From an uncultured delta proteobacterium (GTDB taxonomy: Bacteria; Desulfobacterota; Syntrophia; Syntrophales; UBA2192): a stretch of 64,000 bases of DNA. Positions 1 to 9,055 of the stretch are shown here, piece after piece (the stretch's first letter is position 1; the number at the start of each line of letters is the position of its first letter). The DNA lies in assembly GCA_963828305.1 (NCBI GenBank), contig CAWHEJ010000034.1, forward strand, positions 11,942-75,941. The letters are read 5' to 3'. The position numbers and the translations under genes are program-made. Below the pieces are notes generated by a model. It was not told where the DNA came from. It did no database searches and saw nothing but the letters and a program-made list of their open reading frames with translations.

Positions 1-2
1 AA

Positions 3-45
3 ACAGGGCGGGAACCGTTCATCGGTCCCGCCCTGTTTTGTTTTC
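3..45 (+). terminator. Rho-independent terminator closing an upstream + strand gene that lies outside the window
   Basis: 11-bp GC-rich stem ACAGGGCGGGA (3-13) / TCCCGCCCTGT (26-36) followed by TTTTGTTTT. Confidence 0.6.
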
Positions 46-152
46 TCAGCTAAGAAAAAAGACTCAGATTCCGGAAAACGCAGATCGCCCCGCTGGGTCG
101 ATGAACCCTCTCGGGGCGATCCCGCATACCCATTTACGCTCGTGAAGGGTTG

Positions 153-335
153 TTATGTTTCCTGGAACCGATACCAGAGAAATACCGCTCCGCAGAAGAT
201 GACAAGGGCTAGCATGGGGTGACCAACGAACTCGTCGAGCTTGCCGAAAGCTGATCCCAGGCAGATCATGATCACGGAGACAACGAACAGAAGTTCGACG
301 AGAACCTTCATGGGAGAGGGAAACCTGTTATGCAT
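153..335 (-). CDS. small hydrophobic membrane protein, unknown function (60 aa)
   Basis: ORF 153-449 trimmed to ATG 335, which is preceded by GGGAGGTG; two hydrophobic helices (LVELLFVVSVIMICLGSAF, MLALVIFCGAVFLWY); no family recognised. Confidence 0.4.
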   Translation of the reverse strand: MHNRFPSPMKVLVELLFVVSVIMICLGSAFGKLDEFVGHPMLALVIFCGAVFLWYRFQET

Positions 336-740
336 CGCACACCTCCCTGTGTCGTTATGTCTCTTCACCCTCTGCACTTTGCAAGAAAGGTGCCTCAGTT
401 GAGTTCGATCTACATTATTATGCCTTTGTGTTTTTTTCCGCCCCCTCACCCTCTTGGGACCTGATATCCAAGCCGGGCAATCGGATCCAGAGACTCATCA
501 AAAGGTCTTATTGGGATCTTTCCACGCCTCTCTACTACAAAAAATGTAGTTGGTTCTTCATCCGATGTAAAGACCCCGCAGGGAAAATACTCCTTGATCG
601 AATTTCAGCATCGAGACCAGGGAAGAATGCGAGACAGCAGGAGATGCGCAGATGGAGAAGAAGGGAAATGGAACGGTTGAGGAGTCGAGTAAGTAGTGTT
701 CATTCATTACGTTGAAATGCATCGCCTGTCAAATGAAAAC

Positions 741-872
741 GCTTGCACGCGCTTGCCCCGCAGCGCCTGACGTGAGCACTTGCCGTCAGCACCTGTCCTG
801 AGCCTGTCGAAGGATGTCAAACGGCACCGAACGTTGCTGCGTGGGGCAAGCGCGGCATGATAACAGATCAAC
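741..872. repeat. palindromic intergenic repeat, family F copy 1 (GCTTGCCCCGCAGC ... GCTGCGTGGGGCAAGC)
   Basis: Inverted-orientation homolog of 45663-45741 with shared ends (GTTATCATGCGCGC / GCGTGCAA); gives the spurious FDRLRTG / LRQAQDR peptides of ORFs 707-937 and 786-1055. Confidence 0.55.
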
Positions 873-1121
873 CCCTTCTCCAAGCAGGCCGGGCGTCCCG
901 TCCGGCAATCGTCTAAATTCCTGGCACACGGGTGCAAGGAACTTTAATCCTGTTGGCTGACATTCTCTGCGACGCGGGGTCCACGCGTCAGAAGACGTGG
1001 ACTCCTCCGATTTCACCCGCGTTTCAGCCGATTCTTTCACAAATCTTGCATGCATTTTTACAGTGATAGTGTCTTTGAAACCCTGGCCGTTCAGGAATCC
1101 GGGTCGTTTGAAGCGGGAGCT

Positions 1122-1757
1122 ATGAGGATCGGTCGCTACCTTGTTCTGATTATTCTCTTCGTCGGTTTCTTCATCATCTTCGGGAACCGGGGGCTCCTGG
1201 ACAATCAGTGCCTTAAGGAAAAGCTCTCCGAGCTGAGGGCCGAGAATTCACGGCTCGAGGCGGTGAACAGCGGCCTGAAGCGCGAAGTGGTGCTGATGCG
1301 CGAGGACCTCCGTTACATCGAGTCCGTGGCACGCAACGAGCTCGGCATGGTGAAACCGGGGAATTTCATTTACCGGTTCATGGATACGACGGTAAAGAAG
1401 GAGGAGCCGGCAGCCCCGCCCTCGTCGAAGGAGCGGGCAGCCTCACGAGAGCCCCCGAGGACACTGCCCCCAATCCCACCCAGCCGGGGTCGTCTATTTA
1501 GTCTATCTAGTCTATCTTGTCTGTCTGGTCAGCCCTCCTGCGTCCGATACACCCAGCCTACAGCCCGCAGTCTACAGCCGACAGTGAAAAAATCAAATCC
1601 CCCTTTCATCCCCCTTTTGCAAAGGGGGAAAGAGGGGGATTTTGCTGTGGGCTGTCGGCTGATTCGCTACACGCTTCTCAGGAGGTGCGCAGCGCATCGA
1701 CGATCTTCATCCTCGAGGCCTGCAGGGCCGGCAGCACTCCGCCCACAAAGCCCATGA
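1122..1757 (+). CDS. ftsB: septum formation initiator FtsB/DivIC family protein; the 3' ~300 nt run through repeats
   Basis: TM helix IGRYLVLIILFVGFFIIF, then coiled coil LKEKLSELRAENSRLEAVNSGLKREVVLMREDLRYIESVARNELGMVKPG. ATG 1122 follows GGGAG. No in-frame stop before 1757. Confidence 0.75.
   Translation: MRIGRYLVLIILFVGFFIIFGNRGLLDNQCLKEKLSELRAENSRLEAVNSGLKREVVLMREDLRYIESVARNELGMVKPGNFIYRFMDTTVKKEEPAAPPSSKERAASREPPRTLPPIPPSRGRLFSLSSLSCLSGQPSCVRYTQPTARSLQPTVKKSNPPFIPLLQRGKEGDFAVGCRLIRYTLLRRCAAHRRSSSSRPAGPAALRPQSP
1488..1678. repeat. composite repeat module: (GTCTATYT)n tract + family A palindrome (1554-1661) + CGCTACACGCTTC tract
   Basis: Tandem oligomers 1488-1530; arms CAGCCTACAGCC.. 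/ GGCTGTCGGCTG around core AAATCCCCCTTTCATCCCCCTTTTGCAAAGGGGGAAAGAGGGGGATTT; terminal tract shared with 17089-17113 and 38277-38307. Confidence 0.8.
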
Positions 1758-2844
1758 TGAGCGAGAACAGGAGGGCCTGCCAGACGATATTCACGGTGAG
1801 CGTAAAGGAGAAGGCCAGCTCCGAGAAGGTCTGGAAGTTGAGCGTCGAGATCGTCAGCAGCTGCAGGAAGGAGGCAAAGAATAGCCCCACGGCCCCCCCG
1901 ATGAACCCCAGCAGCAGCGCCTCCATGAGGAAAGCCCCCAGGATGCTGCGCCGCTGAAATCCCAGGGCCCTCAGCGTACCGATCTCGGCGGTGCGGTTTG
2001 CCACGGCGGCGTACATGGTGATCATGGCTCCGATGACGGCGCCCAGCGAGAAGATGATCGTGAGTGACATCCCCAGGATCCGGAGAAACTTCGCCATCAT
2101 CTCCGACTGATCGGCATAGAAGCGCGTTTCCCTCTTGGCCTCCACGGTAAGCCGCGGGTCGCTCTCCACGCGGGCCTTGAAGGCGTCGAACGCGGAGGCA
2201 TCGCGAAGCTTGAAGATCACCGACGAGTACACGGGACGCCGGAAGGCCTGCATGAGCTGGTCCACATCGCCCCAGATTTCGGAGCTGAAACCCGTGCTCC
2301 CCGCGTCGAAGATCCCCACCACCGTCCAGTCCCGCATGCCGAAGCGCAGCGTCTCACCGATCCCGGCGCCCTGGAACCGCCTGGAGACGCTCTCGCCGGC
2401 AATAATCTCCGAGGAACTCGGCCTCGGCATCCTGCCCTCCACGAGCTTCACCTGGGGGCGCATCGCCATCGACTCCTCGCTCACCCCGCGGATGATGACG
2501 TTCGAGGGCTTGTCGGTGCCCCGCTTGGGCAGGCTGATGAGCACCACGACCTCCTTGGCGAGCATCTTCCTTCCGCCGGCCCCTGCGGCCACCTCGGGCT
2601 GTGTCTCGATGACGGAGGCCTGCAGCCGCTCGATGCCGCTCTGGACCTCCGACTGGGACCCCTTGCGGATGAGGACCACGTTGTCCCAGGATCCCGTGTC
2701 GACAAGGGTCTTCTGCAGGCCCTCGGCCAGCATGAGGATGGCGGCAAATACGAAGACAACGAGCGCCATGCCCCCCGCCGTGAGGATCGTCGTGAGGCGT
2801 CGTGTCCAGAGATTCCGGAAGCTGTACGAAACGGGGACTTTCAT
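1678..2844 (-). CDS. ABC transporter permease, FtsX/MacB-like
   Basis: 388 aa; N-terminal TM, large periplasmic domain, C-terminal FtsX-type 3-TM bundle (TAEIGTLRALGFQRRSILGAFLMEALLLG). Confidence 0.85.
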   Translation of the reverse strand: MKVPVSYSFRNLWTRRLTTILTAGGMALVVFVFAAILMLAEGLQKTLVDTGSWDNVVLIRKGSQSEVQSGIERLQASVIETQPEVAAGAGGRKMLAKEVVVLISLPKRGTDKPSNVIIRGVSEESMAMRPQVKLVEGRMPRPSSSEIIAGESVSRRFQGAGIGETLRFGMRDWTVVGIFDAGSTGFSSEIWGDVDQLMQAFRRPVYSSVIFKLRDASAFDAFKARVESDPRLTVEAKRETRFYADQSEMMAKFLRILGMSLTIIFSLGAVIGAMITMYAAVANRTAEIGTLRALGFQRRSILGAFLMEALLLGFIGGAVGLFFASFLQLLTISTLNFQTFSELAFSFTLTVNIVWQALLFSLIMGFVGGVLPALQASRMKIVDALRTS

Positions 2845-2920
2845 GTTTTCAGGTCCGAGTTTAACGCCTTCTCTGTCTTTTCCGCTCTTCTGCTCTTCCT
2901 CACTTCCGATCTTCCGGTCC

Positions 2921-4078
2921 TCAGCCGATCCTCCTCAAACCATCGGCAATGCGGATATTCACGGCGCGCCAGGTGGGGAAAAGCGCCGCCACGATCCCCA
3001 CGAGGGTCCCTGCGGCGATGTCCATGTACACCGTCTCCCGCTCCACGAAGAAGATGGGGAAGAAGGTCCCCAGATAATCGGCAAATGCCGCCGCAACGGG
3101 GAAGGTGAGCCCGATCCCGATCGCCGTCCCCGTGAGGCTGATGACGAGCGACTCCCCGAAGATGAGCCCCGCGATGAACCAGCCCCCGAAGCCCAGGGTC
3201 TTGAAGACGGCGTACTCGCCGATCCGCTCGCGGGCCGTCATGGCCATCGTGTTGGCGACAACGGCCATGATGATGACAATGATCACGATGGAGACGAGCT
3301 GGATGGCGACGAGGATTGCCTCCGTCATGGAGACGAAACTCATCTGGAAGGCCTTCTCCGTCTCCGTGAGGGTCTCGGCAAGCGAATTCTTGAAGGTTCC
3401 GTCGATCGTCGTGCTCACCTCGCCCGCGAGGTTCGGGTTCGCAATGCCGATGATGTAGTACCCCGCCTGGTCCGCACGCCGCGGCGACGCCTTCCTCATC
3501 GTCTCGTTCAGGTAATCCCAGTGGAAGAAGAACTGGGTCTCGTCGACGCTGCGGTCCTTGCCCCGGTAGATGCCGCGGATGGTGAACTCCCAGTTGCCGG
3601 GGAAGATCGTCCCCTTGAGGGTGACCGTGTCCCCCACCTTCCAGCCGAACTTCTCGGCGATTTTCTTCCCGGCGACGGCGCCCTTGCGGTCGTTCAGGAA
3701 CGCGGCACGCTGCAAATCCGGGATGATGTACTCCGGGTAGAGGGCAAGGAAGCTGCGGGGGTCCACGGCGAAGTTGGGGAAAAAATTCTTCTCCTCGATG
3801 TAGACGCCGCCGAACCAGTTGCCCCAGGAGACGAGGGTCACGCCGCCGACCTGCCGGATCTTGTCCTTGTAGGCCAGCGGCAACGGGAAGACGAGCGAGA
3901 TGGCATTGCGGATCACGAGGCGGTTGGCCGAGGAGGCTTCCACACCTGCGTACCAGGCGCTCACCATGGTCCGCAGCATCCCGAAGGCGAGGATGGCGAT
4001 GGTGATGCCCAGGATGGTGAGCCCCGTTCTCAGCTTGTGGCGAAAGGCGTTGCGGATGAGGAGCTTAAGAATGCGCAT
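2921..4078 (-). CDS. ABC transporter permease, FtsX/MacB-like (second permease of the operon)
   Basis: 385 aa; same architecture (RERIGEYAVFKTLGFGGWFIAGLIFGESLVISL); overlaps the ATPase gene by 14 nt. Confidence 0.85.
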   Translation of the reverse strand: MRILKLLIRNAFRHKLRTGLTILGITIAILAFGMLRTMVSAWYAGVEASSANRLVIRNAISLVFPLPLAYKDKIRQVGGVTLVSWGNWFGGVYIEEKNFFPNFAVDPRSFLALYPEYIIPDLQRAAFLNDRKGAVAGKKIAEKFGWKVGDTVTLKGTIFPGNWEFTIRGIYRGKDRSVDETQFFFHWDYLNETMRKASPRRADQAGYYIIGIANPNLAGEVSTTIDGTFKNSLAETLTETEKAFQMSFVSMTEAILVAIQLVSIVIIVIIMAVVANTMAMTARERIGEYAVFKTLGFGGWFIAGLIFGESLVISLTGTAIGIGLTFPVAAAFADYLGTFFPIFFVERETVYMDIAAGTLVGIVAALFPTWRAVNIRIADGLRRIG

Positions 4079-4805
4079 TGTTCAGGGAGCCCTTGTCCAG
4101 GTGGCGGATCACCTGGGCCGCCTCGGCGGCCTTGGGGTCGTGGGTCACCATGATGATGGTCTTTCCCGACTCGCGGCTGAGCCGGCACATCAGCGACATG
4201 ATCTCTTTCGCCGAGGCGCGGTCCAGGTCCCCCGTGGGCTCGTCGGCCACCAGGATCGTGGGGTCCGTCACGACGGCCCGGGCGATGGCCACGCGCTGCT
4301 GCTCGCCGCCGGAGAGCTGCGAGGGGTAGTGATCCATCCGGTGCGCGAGGTTCACCACGCTCAGGGCCATCTCCACGTGCTCTCTCCTCTCCGACCGGGA
4401 GAGCCCCGTGAGCTGAAGGGGCAGCTCCACGTTCTCGAAGGCCGTAAGCACCGGGATCAGGTTGTAGAACTGGAAGATGAACCCCACGTTCGTGGCCCGC
4501 CAGTGAGCCAGTTCCGTCTCTCCGAGGGCCGTGATGTCGACGCCGCCGATGACGATCGAGCCGCTGTCCACCTTGTCGATCCCGGCAATGAGGTTCAGAA
4601 GTGTGCTCTTTCCCGACCCCGAGGGGCCCATCAGCGCGAGAAACTCTCCCTCGCGGATGTCGAAGTTAATCTCCTGGAGCACGGGGATGACGTGGCTGCC
4701 GCGCAGGTAGGCCTTGTTGACGTTTCTGACCTCGACGATGACGGGCCGGTTCTCCAGCTCGGGTGCAGGCCCTTGCTCATCGCAGGTTGTGATCGGGTCG
4801 GCCAT
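4065..4805 (-). CDS. ABC transporter ATP-binding protein (MacB/LolD-like ATPase)
   Basis: Walker A GPSGSGKST, signature LSGGEQQRVAIARA, Walker B ILVADEPTGDLD. Start moved to ATG 4805 because the upstream 22 codons are repeat B1. Confidence 0.9.
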   Translation of the reverse strand: MADPITTCDEQGPAPELENRPVIVEVRNVNKAYLRGSHVIPVLQEINFDIREGEFLALMGPSGSGKSTLLNLIAGIDKVDSGSIVIGGVDITALGETELAHWRATNVGFIFQFYNLIPVLTAFENVELPLQLTGLSRSERREHVEMALSVVNLAHRMDHYPSQLSGGEQQRVAIARAVVTDPTILVADEPTGDLDRASAKEIMSLMCRLSRESGKTIIMVTHDPKAAEAAQVIRHLDKGSLNNAHS

Positions 4806-4820
4806 GGTCTTGCTCGAATC

Positions 4821-4928
4821 AAGAAGTTGAGAGGGTGAGAGGGTAAGAAGGTTGGAAAAGCCGGCGGTCAATCGTTTGCCCTGTGCTTTGCCGACCTTCT
4901 CACCTTCAGACCTTCTTACCTTCTGTCT
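4821..4928. repeat. family B palindrome copy 1 (GAGGGTAAGAAGGTTGG ... CCGACCTTCTCACCTTC)
   Basis: Arms of GAAGGT/GAGGGT-type tandem units, inverted around a ~45-nt non-conserved centre; lies inside the efflux operon between adaptor and ATPase genes. Confidence 0.8.
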
Positions 4929-6167
4929 TTATTTCTCGGCCTGCTTGACGCGGCTTCCGCTCTTGAGGCCCTTGGGCGGGTTCAGGACAACCCGGTCACC
5001 CGCCTTGACGCCGCCCGTCACGACGAGCAGATCCCCCAGTTTCTCGCCCGTCGCGATCTCCTGCTCCTCCACCTGGCCGCCCTTGACGACAAAGACCACG
5101 GTCTTGTTGTTCCGGCTCATCACGGCGGCGGGGTTGATCGTCGTGAGGGACTTCTCCTCGCCGGGTCCCACCGGTTTGGACAGGAAGGCCACCTTGGCGC
5201 TCATCTCCGGGAGGATCCGGGGGTCCTTGTCGAGAAAGCGGACCTTGACCATGACGGTCGCCTTGCTTCGGTCCGCCGTGGGGATGACCATGTGGACCTC
5301 TCCACGGAAACGCTTGTCCGGCAGGGCGTCGAGCTGGATCTCGCAGGGCTGTCCGGCCTTTACCTGTTCGAGGTTCGACTCCGACACGTCGGCCTCCACC
5401 TGCAGCGAGTTCATGTCTGCAATGGTGACGACGGCCGCCTTGGCGTTGGCGGCGGCGCCCAGGGGCGTTATGATGTCACCGATGTCGGCATTCTTGGTGA
5501 GAACGACGGCGTCGAAGGGTGCCCGGACGAGGGTGTACTCCACGCTCACCCTCGCCCCCTCGAGGGCGGCCTCGGCGGCCTTCACGGCGGACTCGGCGCC
5601 GGAAACGCCTGCGACGGCCTTCTTGTAGCGGGCCTCGGCCGCGTCATGCTGGGCCTTTGTCGTGTACTCCTGGGACAGGAGTCCCTTCTCCCGCTCGTAG
5701 GAGATCTTGGCATCCTCCCGCTCCGCGCGAGCCTGGGCAAGGCTGTATCGGGCGACACTGACGTTCGCCTGGGCCTGTTCCCGGGCCGCGGCTGCGTCGG
5801 CTCCTTCGAGCCTCGCAATGATGTCCCCCTTCTTCACGCGGCTGCCTTCCTCGACGTTGATCTCCAGAAGCTGGGCCGTGATCTTCGAGGCGACGGCGGC
5901 TTTGCGCTGGGCAACCACATAGCCGCTGGCATTGAGAAGCGTGAAGGACTGGGAGGGGTAGGTCTGGCTCACCGTGGCCACTTCCACCGACTGGGCGGGG
6001 CTGAAGACCCCCATCCAGAACAGGACGGCCGCCAGCACCACAAGGGCCGCACCGCCGATGATGAGCATCGGCTTTTTTCGCCGGCCCTGCTGGACGGACT
6101 TTGCGGACTTGTCGATCTTGAGCCGGGAGAGATCGTCAGCTGCCATAGGGTCACTCTTTCGTCGCAT
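4929..6167 (-). CDS. efflux transporter periplasmic adaptor subunit (HlyD/MacA family)
   Basis: TM anchor LIIGGAALVVLAAVLFWMGVF, long coiled coil (AAAAREQAQANVSVARYSLAQARAEREDAKISYEREK), beta-barrel C-terminus. Start ambiguous (ATG 6218, 6167 or 6146). Confidence 0.85.
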   Translation of the reverse strand: MRRKSDPMAADDLSRLKIDKSAKSVQQGRRKKPMLIIGGAALVVLAAVLFWMGVFSPAQSVEVATVSQTYPSQSFTLLNASGYVVAQRKAAVASKITAQLLEINVEEGSRVKKGDIIARLEGADAAAAREQAQANVSVARYSLAQARAEREDAKISYEREKGLLSQEYTTKAQHDAAEARYKKAVAGVSGAESAVKAAEAALEGARVSVEYTLVRAPFDAVVLTKNADIGDIITPLGAAANAKAAVVTIADMNSLQVEADVSESNLEQVKAGQPCEIQLDALPDKRFRGEVHMVIPTADRSKATVMVKVRFLDKDPRILPEMSAKVAFLSKPVGPGEEKSLTTINPAAVMSRNNKTVVFVVKGGQVEEQEIATGEKLGDLLVVTGGVKAGDRVVLNPPKGLKSGSRVKQAEK

Positions 6168-6316
6168 GGATACGAAAAAAACCGGTTGAAACCGGTCTTC
6201 CACCCCAGTACGGATCATCGAGGCGATTGATGTACAATCGTTTATAAGATACCTTCTCGCCCCGATTTGTCAACAGGATTGAAAAGATCCGCCGAGCGGC
6301 CGGTGACAGTTTTTCG

Positions 6317-6345
6317 TTGAAGTTCGGGCTTATCGATACTATGAT
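6317..6345 (+). promoter_or_regulatory. sigma-70-like promoter for the ABM/MBL genes
   Basis: TTGAAG (6317-6322) - 17 nt - TATGAT (6340-6345), 40 nt upstream of ATG 6387. Confidence 0.35.
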
Positions 6346-6386
6346 GAAAACCGAAGCGTTGGAAATCCAAGAGAGGAGGCGTGGAC

Positions 6387-6719
6387 ATGCTCGTCAAAGT
6401 GCTTATCAAACGCAAGGTCACGCAGGAAAAGGAAGCGGCTCTTCTGGATCTCATCACGCAACTCAGGACGCTGGCGTCCCGTCAACCGGGCTACATCTCC
6501 GGCGAGACGTTGCGCAGCGCCGACAACCCCGAAGAGTATCTCGTCATCAGCACCTGGCAGGCAATGGACGACTGGAAGAAGTGGTTCGGGAGCAAGGAGC
6601 GCTCGACACTCCAGGACAAGATCGACAAAATCCTGGGCAAGAAAACCGGCTACGAGATCTTTCAGTATCCCGAGAAATCGGTCTCCCTTCGCAGCTTCAA
6701 AGGCTACGAGGGGGGTTGA
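6387..6719 (+). CDS. antibiotic biosynthesis monooxygenase (ABM) domain protein
   Basis: Ferredoxin-like ABM pattern (LVKVLIKRKV..., PGYISGETLRSADNPEEYLVISTWQAMDDWKKW). ATG 6387 follows GAGAGGAGG. Confidence 0.75.
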   Translation: MLVKVLIKRKVTQEKEAALLDLITQLRTLASRQPGYISGETLRSADNPEEYLVISTWQAMDDWKKWFGSKERSTLQDKIDKILGKKTGYEIFQYPEKSVSLRSFKGYEGG

Positions 6720-6729
6720 TCTCCGGACC

Positions 6730-7626
6730 ATGGGACGTCCATCGCAAGAGACTGCGGCAATCTTCCCCCAACGCCTGGCAGAGGGTCTCTGGGTCCTGGG
6801 CAATTCCTTTTTCAACCTCTATCTCGTCCGGGGGAAAGCGGCGTCGGCCCTCGTCGACACGGGGATTTCCGCCATGGCCGACGAGGTCATCGGCCAGATG
6901 GAGAAGCTCGGGGTAAAGCCCGATACCCTTATCGTCACCCACCCGCACCCCGATCACATCAACGGGCTCGATGCCCTGAGGGAGCGCTACCCCGAAGCCC
7001 GCGTGGTCATCGGACCGGGCGCGCGGGAATTCCTGGCCCACCCCAGGACCGAGGCGGCCCTCGTGGCCGAGGACCGCTTCATGTCGGAGTTCCTCGAATC
7101 GCAGGGATACCACCCCGGCCGTCCCCCCATCGGGCGCCCTCCTTCCGTGAGCGGCGCCGAGGCCGCCAGCGACAATGAAACGATTGACCTGGGCGGGTTG
7201 ACGCTCCGGATACTTCATGTCGGAGGCCACGCCATCGGCAACATCCTCGTCCACGTCCCGAAGCTCCAGGCCCTCATGGCTTCCGACAGCCTGGGTTTCC
7301 GCATCCCCAGCATCGGGTTCTTCCCGATCTTCTTTACGGGGTATGCGGACTACATGGCCGCAATCGACCGGCTGGAAGCCCTGAAGCCTCGAATCCTCTG
7401 CCTGGCCCACCAGGGGCCGCTTGTGGGAGAAGAGGCCCGGAAGGCGTTCAAAGACGCCCGCGAGGCCGCCCGGTCCCTCTACGAGGAGATCCGCAACGAT
7501 CCCCGTGACGAGGATGCGGTGATCCAAGACCTATACCCGCGGTTCTACCGCGACGAACTGGCCCTCTACACACGCGAAAACATCGTCGGCTGCTGCCGCC
7601 TCGTGATCCGGCGCAGCCGGGCCTGA
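6730..7626 (+). CDS. MBL-fold metallo-hydrolase
   Basis: HxHxDH motif THPHPDHINGLD; downstream His/Asp ligand regions (HVGGHAIG, LAHQGP). Confidence 0.85.
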   Translation: MGRPSQETAAIFPQRLAEGLWVLGNSFFNLYLVRGKAASALVDTGISAMADEVIGQMEKLGVKPDTLIVTHPHPDHINGLDALRERYPEARVVIGPGAREFLAHPRTEAALVAEDRFMSEFLESQGYHPGRPPIGRPPSVSGAEAASDNETIDLGGLTLRILHVGGHAIGNILVHVPKLQALMASDSLGFRIPSIGFFPIFFTGYADYMAAIDRLEALKPRILCLAHQGPLVGEEARKAFKDAREAARSLYEEIRNDPRDEDAVIQDLYPRFYRDELALYTRENIVGCCRLVIRRSRA

Positions 7627-7630
7627 ATCC

Positions 7631-7670
7631 GGTCTATCTTGTCTGTTTCGTCTATTTCGTCTGTTTGGTC
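7631..7670. repeat. tandem-oligomer tract (GTCTRTTTCG-type), family D
   Basis: GGTCTATCTTGTCTGTTTCGTCTATTTCGTCTGTTTGGTC; related tracts at 1488-1530, 16743-16790, 58043-58077. Confidence 0.6.
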
Positions 7671-7728
7671 AGGCCGCAGCCGGAATGGGGCATCGGTCGT
7701 CCGGAATTCGGACTCTGCTTCCACCTCT

Positions 7729-7766
7729 TCACTCAGACACTTAAACACTCAGGCACTCAGACACTT
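7729..7766. repeat. family C tract (ACTCAGACAC units), half-site
   Basis: CACTCAGACACTTAAACACTCAGGCACTCAGACAC; complement of units at 17612-17660 and the left arm of 53173-53278. Confidence 0.6.
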
Positions 7767-8037
7767 TTTTCTCTTTCACGGGTCACTAAAAAAAGGTCCC
7801 CCCGGGTGGTGCGGCCCAGGGGGAGAAGGAAGAAAGGAGAAGATAGGAACGCTGTCAGCCGGAACAAGGGATGAAGCGGGCCAGGTCCGTCCGGGCGGGG
7901 AATCCCCGGGGCTCGTGACAGCCCGGCGCCGGTTCCAACCAGTGTCCTTGATCTATCTATCGGCATTCCATCGCCGAACTTGAGAGGGAATGATCGACAG
8001 CCTGTTCGCGAAACCAGGACAAAGGAGGGAAAGGGCC

Positions 8038-8502
8038 ATGCTCAGGGCCAGGGACATCATGACGAAGGAGGTGGTCACCGTCACACCCGACACGGAGATC
8101 ACGCAGGCGGCAAAGCTCCTCCTGGAGAATCACTTCAACGGGCTGCCCGTCGTCGACGACAGGGGCAAGCTCATCGGGATCATCTGCCAGGACGATCTCA
8201 TCGTCCAACAAAAAAGGCTCCCCCTGCCCTCCCTGTTCACCTTTTTTGACGGCCTCATTCCGCTGACCTCCTACCGGAGTCTGGAGAAGGAAGTGGAAAA
8301 GATCGTAGCCACAACCGTCTCCCGGGCCATGACGATGGACCCGATCACCATCGACCCCGATGCAAGCCTGGAGGACATCGCAACCCTCATGGTCAACAAC
8401 AACATCCACACGCTTCCGGTCCTGGACGGCGGCCGCCTCGTCGGCATCATCGGCAAGGAAGACATCCTGCGGACCATCATGCCTGCAGGAAACAAAGTCT
8501 GA
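8038..8502 (+). CDS. CBS domain pair protein
   Basis: Two CBS motifs (ARDIMTKEVVTVTPDT..., VSRAMTMDPITIDPDASL...). ATG 8038 follows AAAGGAGGG. Confidence 0.85.
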   Translation: MLRARDIMTKEVVTVTPDTEITQAAKLLLENHFNGLPVVDDRGKLIGIICQDDLIVQQKRLPLPSLFTFFDGLIPLTSYRSLEKEVEKIVATTVSRAMTMDPITIDPDASLEDIATLMVNNNIHTLPVLDGGRLVGIIGKEDILRTIMPAGNKV

Positions 8503-9022
8503 TCGAGGAATCACCCCTTACGTTTTTTTCTTGCTTTTTCGAAAAACAGACCGTATATTGTATACAAGATGTTCCGCATAGAGGAACATTTTTCCATTTT
8601 GTAAGACAAAACCGGGCATTTTTGCAGGAGTCTATCCGACAGGAAAATCAGAGTTGCTCCGATATACCCATGCTTCTTCTTCGGGTATAAACCAAGTGAA
8701 AAAGCGAAGGGAATCGAAAAGGGCAATCTGATGAACGTAAGAAAGAGCTCCACCGTAAACTTCAGGTTCTGGTTCGAGCGGCAAGTTCGCAACGCAAGAA
8801 AACCGAAAGGTTCTTTCGGCGCCGCGGAAGGCAGGCTCTATTTCGAAAAACTGCTCGGCAAGACGAAATCGGAAGGACGGCATGAGATAAAACAGCCCTC
8901 GGGCGCACATAGAACTCTCTCTGTCATCTACCTCTCTCCTATTCGTTCATGGGGGGGATCAACGATGTTCTCCTCCATGAATGACGCCATTATTGTCACT
9001 CTTTACCTGTAAACCCCCTTTC

Positions 9023-9055
9023 AAGGGCTTGCCTCGGGCGAGGCAAGCCTTTTAT
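9023..9055 (+). terminator. orphan intrinsic terminator-like hairpin in an AT-rich gap
   Basis: GGCTTGCCTCG / CGAGGCAAGCC stem followed by TTTTAT; no convincing CDS upstream. Confidence 0.45.

Noticed and set aside
2135-4153. 672-aa + strand ORF spanning both ABC permease genes
   Set aside because: It is antisense to two well-supported FtsX-type permease CDSs. It is rich in Arg/Pro/Gly/Asp low-complexity stretches, with no motif. This is the long antisense ORF expected in GC-rich DNA.
8760-8800. tRNA-like GGTTCGAG T-loop motif
   Set aside because: No acceptor stem, anticodon arm or D-arm can be drawn around it. I found no tRNA or rRNA anywhere in the window by eye, though a tRNAscan-SE or Infernal run would be needed to be certain.
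8731-9012. 93-aa ORF in the AT-rich gap as a real gene
   Set aside because: It has a very basic, atypical composition, a weak ribosome-binding site and no motif. It is kept only as part of the orphan-region finding.
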